Below are positions 26,107-28,954 of a stretch of 28,954 nucleotides of DNA, in pieces. The stretch is from the IMG/VR virus record IMGVR_UViG_3300027732_000093, positions 1-28,954 of that record; one strand, given 5' to 3'. Every line of letters starts with the position of its first letter. The stretch's first letter is position 1. The stretch comes from a virus (Duplodnaviria > Caudoviricetes). A program made the position numbers and the translations under genes. The notes below the pieces were generated by a model. It made no database searches and had not been told where the DNA came from. It was given only the letters and a program-made list of their open reading frames with translations.

Positions 26107-26340
26107 AGGGTAGAAAGACATATAGTCCCTTGAGACCTAAGAGCTGAGAGTAAGACTCAGTTGTCCTGTTACCAACCTACGGTACAGATTAGACATAACA
26201 GAAAGGTCAGACCTCAGAGTATAATCTGCTGAGGTCATTTATGTTTTTAACAAATGGTTGGTTCCTTATAGCTTTGGACCGTAATACCACAACAGCCTTA
26301 GCCGGCAACAAGACCTCAGTAACCCGTCTATAAACTGCTG
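26107..26340 (+). ncRNA. Candidate structured non-coding RNA
   Basis: No ORF of 60 aa or more. Stems GACCT/AGGTC, GCTGAG/CTCAGT, CTGTTA/TAACAG and GACCTCAG/CTGAGGTC. AGACCTCAG...TATAAWCTGCTG is repeated. Confidence 0.4.
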
Positions 26341-26349
26341 TATTTATTT

Positions 26350-26365
26350 CCTTTATTAATTTAGG
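26350..26365 (+). promoter_or_regulatory. Repeated motif copy 2 (CCTTTATTAATTTAGG)
   Basis: Upstream of the ORF at 26463. Confidence 0.65.
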
Positions 26366-26462
26366 ATATGGTCACAGGGCTTATTATATAAACCTGTTAT
26401 AAATAAGAGCACCATATCTATTTACAAAATGTATTTATTTCTTAACTATTAAATTAATTATT

Positions 26463-26789
26463 ATGAAAAAGGTTTTTTATTATTCTATGCTTGTTATAAC
26501 AGTCATAGGATTTCTTGGATTTATTTATGGAGTATTTGGTAATGGTACTTCTAATACAGCTAGTACATTAGGGTTGATGTTCATCTCCTTAGCAGCTGGA
26601 AGTATGGCTCTTATGACAGAACCAAAGGCTACTGTTAAACAGGAAACCTATGGTCTTAGTATGCTTATACTTATTAGTATAGCAGTCATAGTAATACTCT
26701 TTGCATCATCTTGTAGTAAGCAAGGCTATGGTTGTAAAGGCAACCAGAGTTGGAAGCAAATGACTAAAAGGATAAACAATGGGTATTAA
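26463..26789 (+). CDS. Membrane protein (3 hydrophobic segments, lipobox-like FASSC), 108 aa
   Basis: ORF track. Hydrophobic stretches, then ILFASSC followed by SKQGYGCKG. Confidence 0.75.
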   Translation: MKKVFYYSMLVITVIGFLGFIYGVFGNGTSNTASTLGLMFISLAAGSMALMTEPKATVKQETYGLSMLILISIAVIVILFASSCSKQGYGCKGNQSWKQMTKRINNGY

Positions 26790-26801
26790 CCCGTTGTTTA
26801 T
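26772..26801 (+). terminator. Hairpin terminator overlapping the stop codon
   Basis: 13-bp stem ATAAACAATGGGT/ACCCGTTGTTTAT. Confidence 0.65.
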
Positions 26802-26804
26802 TAT

Positions 26805-26820
26805 CCTTTATCAAATTGGT
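26805..26820 (+). promoter_or_regulatory. Repeated motif copy 3 (CCTTTATCAAATTGGT)
   Basis: Immediately after the terminator. Confidence 0.65.
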
Positions 26821-26824
26821 ATTT

Positions 26825-26864
26825 TTCCATCAGCCTATCGGCTGAACACCTTTATAAAATCAAG
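26825..26864 (+). promoter_or_regulatory. Hairpin plus motif copy 4
   Basis: TTCCA-TCAGCC-TATC-GGCTGA-ACACCTTTATAAAAT, homologous to 27859-27896. Confidence 0.6.
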
Positions 26865-26909
26865 AATATTAGTAGTATGTAATATTATATTAATTATAGT
26901 TTATTAATT

Positions 26910-26925
26910 CCTTTATCAATTTAGT
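26910..26925 (+). promoter_or_regulatory. Repeated motif copy 5 (CCTTTATCAATTTAGT)
   Basis: 30 nt upstream of the ATG at 26956. Confidence 0.65.
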
Positions 26926-26955
26926 ATTAATTTTTTTAACCTTAAATTATTTATT

Positions 26956-27174
26956 ATGCTTACTTATTTTTTTAACATTGAACTTGTATCTATCAATCCG
27001 TCTTCTGAAAACGGAAATGTTGATATTGACACGGATACCGTGGAAATAAAAGCAGTTGATGAAAAAATAGCTGAAGAGCTATTAAGAGACAAGTTCAACA
27101 TTTCTTCAGAATTCTTTAGTCAATCTGTCCACAGATTAGAATTTATTGGAACTCTTGAAGACGAAACCTTTTAG
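26956..27174 (+). CDS. Small acidic hypothetical protein, 72 aa
   Basis: ORF track. Flanked by a motif copy and a terminator. Confidence 0.75.
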   Translation: MLTYFFNIELVSINPSSENGNVDIDTDTVEIKAVDEKIAEELLRDKFNISSEFFSQSVHRLEFIGTLEDETF

Positions 27175-27177
27175 GTT

Positions 27178-27215
27178 AAGAACCCCGAAACAGAAATATC
27201 TGTTAGGGGTTCTTT
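27178..27215 (+). terminator. Intrinsic terminator
   Basis: AAGAACCCC...AACAGA/TCTGTT...GGGGTTCTT followed by T-rich sequence. Confidence 0.75.
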
Positions 27216-27230
27216 ATAATTTATTATTAT

Positions 27231-27246
27231 CCTTTTTTATATTGGT
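27231..27246 (+). promoter_or_regulatory. Repeated motif copy 6 (CCTTTTTTATATTGGT)
   Basis: 31 nt upstream of the ATG at 27278. Confidence 0.6.
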
Positions 27247-27277
27247 ATTTTATTCTTAATCATTAAAACAATTTGTT

Positions 27278-27802
27278 ATGTTAACAAACAAAATCTCTCT
27301 TGAAGCCCTAAAACTTGCAGGCTTTAAGAACCCAACTGCCATTGCAGAAATTATTTCTTATGTTCCAAACCCGAATGTAGCTTTAGAAATGCTATTAGGT
27401 ATTCACGAACCACTTAGTGTTGATTATGCTAATAGGTTCAGAAGTTACAGGAACAGCAACTACAATGACCTTGTAGAAATCATTAGCTATGATGAGTTAG
27501 CCAATAAGATTATGTACAAGAAGTACACTCAGAAAACTCAGCAGTTATGGTTTGTTACAGCAGAAGATTACAAAAACCAAGTTAACGGTTTAGCTGTTAG
27601 ACCTGTCACTTACCACGATTACAGGTATGTACCAACAACAGGCTTCACTGAAACAGAACAATCTGATAACATTGACAGCTTTGGTTGGACTACACTAATC
27701 TCTAACCAAGATGCATTTGATATGCTAACACGTTGGGAAAATTGGGAAGTATTCAGAATTAAAGAGGAAGAAGTTCCTGATAATTTTGAAATGATGGCTT
27801 AA
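27278..27802 (+). CDS. Hypothetical protein, 174 aa
   Basis: ORF track. Flanked by a motif copy and a terminator. Confidence 0.8.
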   Translation: MLTNKISLEALKLAGFKNPTAIAEIISYVPNPNVALEMLLGIHEPLSVDYANRFRSYRNSNYNDLVEIISYDELANKIMYKKYTQKTQQLWFVTAEDYKNQVNGLAVRPVTYHDYRYVPTTGFTETEQSDNIDSFGWTTLISNQDAFDMLTRWENWEVFRIKEEEVPDNFEMMA

Positions 27803-27808
27803 TTATTT

Positions 27809-27842
27809 GAAGAACCTTACAGAAATGTAGGGTTCTTTTTTT
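27809..27842 (+). terminator. Intrinsic terminator with GAAA tetraloop
   Basis: GAAGAACCTTACA-GAAA-TGTAGGGTTC-T7. Confidence 0.85.
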
Positions 27843-27858
27843 ACCAAGTTTATTATTC

Positions 27859-27896
27859 TTCCATTCGGCAAGCCGAAACACCTTTATAAAATTAGC
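27859..27896 (+). promoter_or_regulatory. Hairpin plus motif copy 7
   Basis: TTCCA-TTCGG-CAAG-CCGAA-ACACCTTTATAAAATTAGC. Confidence 0.6.
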
Positions 27897-27941
27897 AGTA
27901 ATATATATATGCTGCTTTTTATTAATTCCAATGTATAATAT

Positions 27942-27957
27942 CCTTTATTAAATTAGT
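27942..27957 (+). promoter_or_regulatory. Repeated motif copy 8 (CCTTTATTAAATTAGT)
   Basis: 41 nt upstream of the ATG at 27999. Confidence 0.65.
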
Positions 27958-27998
27958 ATTTTTATTTTTTATTTTTTAACACTTAAACTCTATTAAAA

Positions 27999-28562
27999 AT
28001 GAGCAGTTCAAAATTAACAATCGTTTCAGTTGACAATTTTTGTCAGCAAATGGGTAACACCGAGTATGTAATTTTTACTTGTCTTACAGACAAACAACAA
28101 GAACTTTCTGTTGCCGTAAGTTACAATGCATTACTAAGCCGTGGTGTAAAAATTGATTTAATAGACAGTATTATTGGTAGCACCTTAATAGCTAACGATG
28201 ATACTAATATTAAAACATTAGAATTCATTACAGGTACAGATAGAGTGCAAGGTATTGTTGACGGCACTCTAATCAACAATGATCCCGACAGTAAAAGGTT
28301 TGGGGAACCTATTACAATTTTATTGCTTAATAAAGCAAATTCTACTTTGATAAAGTGTTCCACCTATATGGCAGACACTAAGGATTTAGTCTCTACCACA
28401 CAGGCTAAAGTCATTGTAGAACAAACTAAAGAAAAAGTCCTAAATGCTGAGAGAAGAAAGCACGATAGACTAAGAGCAAGAGCTTCAGCCACTCCTGTTG
28501 TACTTACAGAAAAAGTTAAAGACGCTGAACTTGAAACAAACGACTTACCGTTTGAAGATTAA
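27999..28562 (+). CDS. Hypothetical protein with SSB-like acidic tail (NDLPFED), 187 aa
   Basis: ORF track. Beta-rich N-terminus and a DLPF C-terminal motif. Confidence 0.75.
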   Translation: MSSSKLTIVSVDNFCQQMGNTEYVIFTCLTDKQQELSVAVSYNALLSRGVKIDLIDSIIGSTLIANDDTNIKTLEFITGTDRVQGIVDGTLINNDPDSKRFGEPITILLLNKANSTLIKCSTYMADTKDLVSTTQAKVIVEQTKEKVLNAERRKHDRLRARASATPVVLTEKVKDAELETNDLPFED

Positions 28563-28569
28563 TGTATTC

Positions 28570-28604
28570 AATGCCTATCACTCTAACAAAGTGGTAGGCA
28601 TTTT
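28570..28604 (+). terminator. Intrinsic terminator
   Basis: AATGCCTATCACT/AGTGGTAGGCATT followed by TT. Confidence 0.7.
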
Positions 28605-28611
28605 ATATTTA

Positions 28612-28693
28612 ATACAGCACACAGAAAGTTCTTTGAACTTACGGACAGCCTTTCAGGCTTCTACCAAGAGAGTACGTGTGCCGTGTGTTGTGT
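28612..28693 (+). ncRNA. Candidate multibranch structured RNA
   Basis: An 11-bp closing stem ATACAGCACAC/GTGTGTTGTGT (2 G.U) encloses AAGTTC/GAACTT and AGCCT/AGGCT hairpins. Confidence 0.4.
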
Positions 28694-28697
28694 ATAG

Positions 28698-28713
28698 TGT
28701 TCCACGTGAAACA
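28698..28713. promoter_or_regulatory. parS: parS centromere-like site (ParB/Spo0J box)
   Basis: TGTTCCACGTGAAACA is an exact match to the chromosomal parS consensus TGTTNCACGTGAAACA. Intergenic. Confidence 0.85.
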
Positions 28714-28719
28714 TATATC

Positions 28720-28785
28720 AGAAGGTGTTAGCATAAGCAAAGTGTGGAAACTGGATAGTTTGTGGACATAACATCTTCTTTTTTT
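28720..28785 (+). terminator. Long stem with U-tail
   Basis: AGAAGGTGTTA/TAACATCTTCT followed by T6. The enclosed loop is large. Confidence 0.45.
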
Positions 28786-28954
28786 ATTAATCAAACCTTT
28801 GTAACTAATTAATAATCAAGGGAGTGTGTAAAAGCCAGGCAACACACAGCCTATAACATCATCTAAACAGCTATTGACTATTCTATATAATAACATACGG
28901 ATTAAATAGCTATAATGCACCACAACTCACTTCCCAAGGCATAGCAATTGTAAT

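Noticed and set aside
26107-26418. Hammerhead, pistol or preQ1-I assignments for the structured RNAs
   Set aside because: The conserved cores (CUGAnGA...GAAA in the correct stem context, the pistol P2/P3 arrangement, the preQ1 loop cytidines) are not present.
26085-27957. Repeated CCTTTAT motif as a CRISPR array or true integron
   Set aside because: The copies are short, degenerate and irregularly spaced around genes. No integrase or attC R-box structure is visible.
28121-28731. ORFs 28121..28363 (-) and 28498..28731 (+)
   Set aside because: The first is antisense to the 187-aa gene. The second overlaps that gene's end and runs through a terminator and parS without a leader.

Overview
A 29-kb segment of an AT-rich tailed dsDNA phage with a crAss-like (Crassvirales-type) virion gene block. 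The host is most likely a Bacteroidota, judging from A-rich leaders without Shine-Dalgarno sites and a Flavobacteria-type DUF6428 gene. Positions 1-25688 are one minus-strand late module. In transcription order it holds small conserved genes, a GNAT, an HU-like protein, a PD-(D/E)XK nuclease, a putative TerS, TerL, portal, a putative scaffold, the major capsid protein, ring and auxiliary capsid homologues, and a very long proline-poor collagen-like fibre that runs off the left edge. Inside the capsid module sit an LCIB/theta-type carbonic anhydrase with intact Zn ligands, a Dps-like ferritin with perfect ferroxidase spacing, and eight Lys-rich microproteins, four of which carry [MY]xxGG motifs. 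A DUF6428 gene flanked by an 18-bp direct repeat is inserted next to terL. After a GC-rich strand switch (about 25.7-26.0 kb) a plus-strand, probably early, region begins. It is built from motif-gene-terminator cassettes with 8 copies of a 16-nt CCTTTAT-containing motif, two sequence-variable hairpins, several structured non-coding stretches and a perfect chromosomal-type parS site (28698-28713). All family assignments come from motif recognition by eye, not from database searches.
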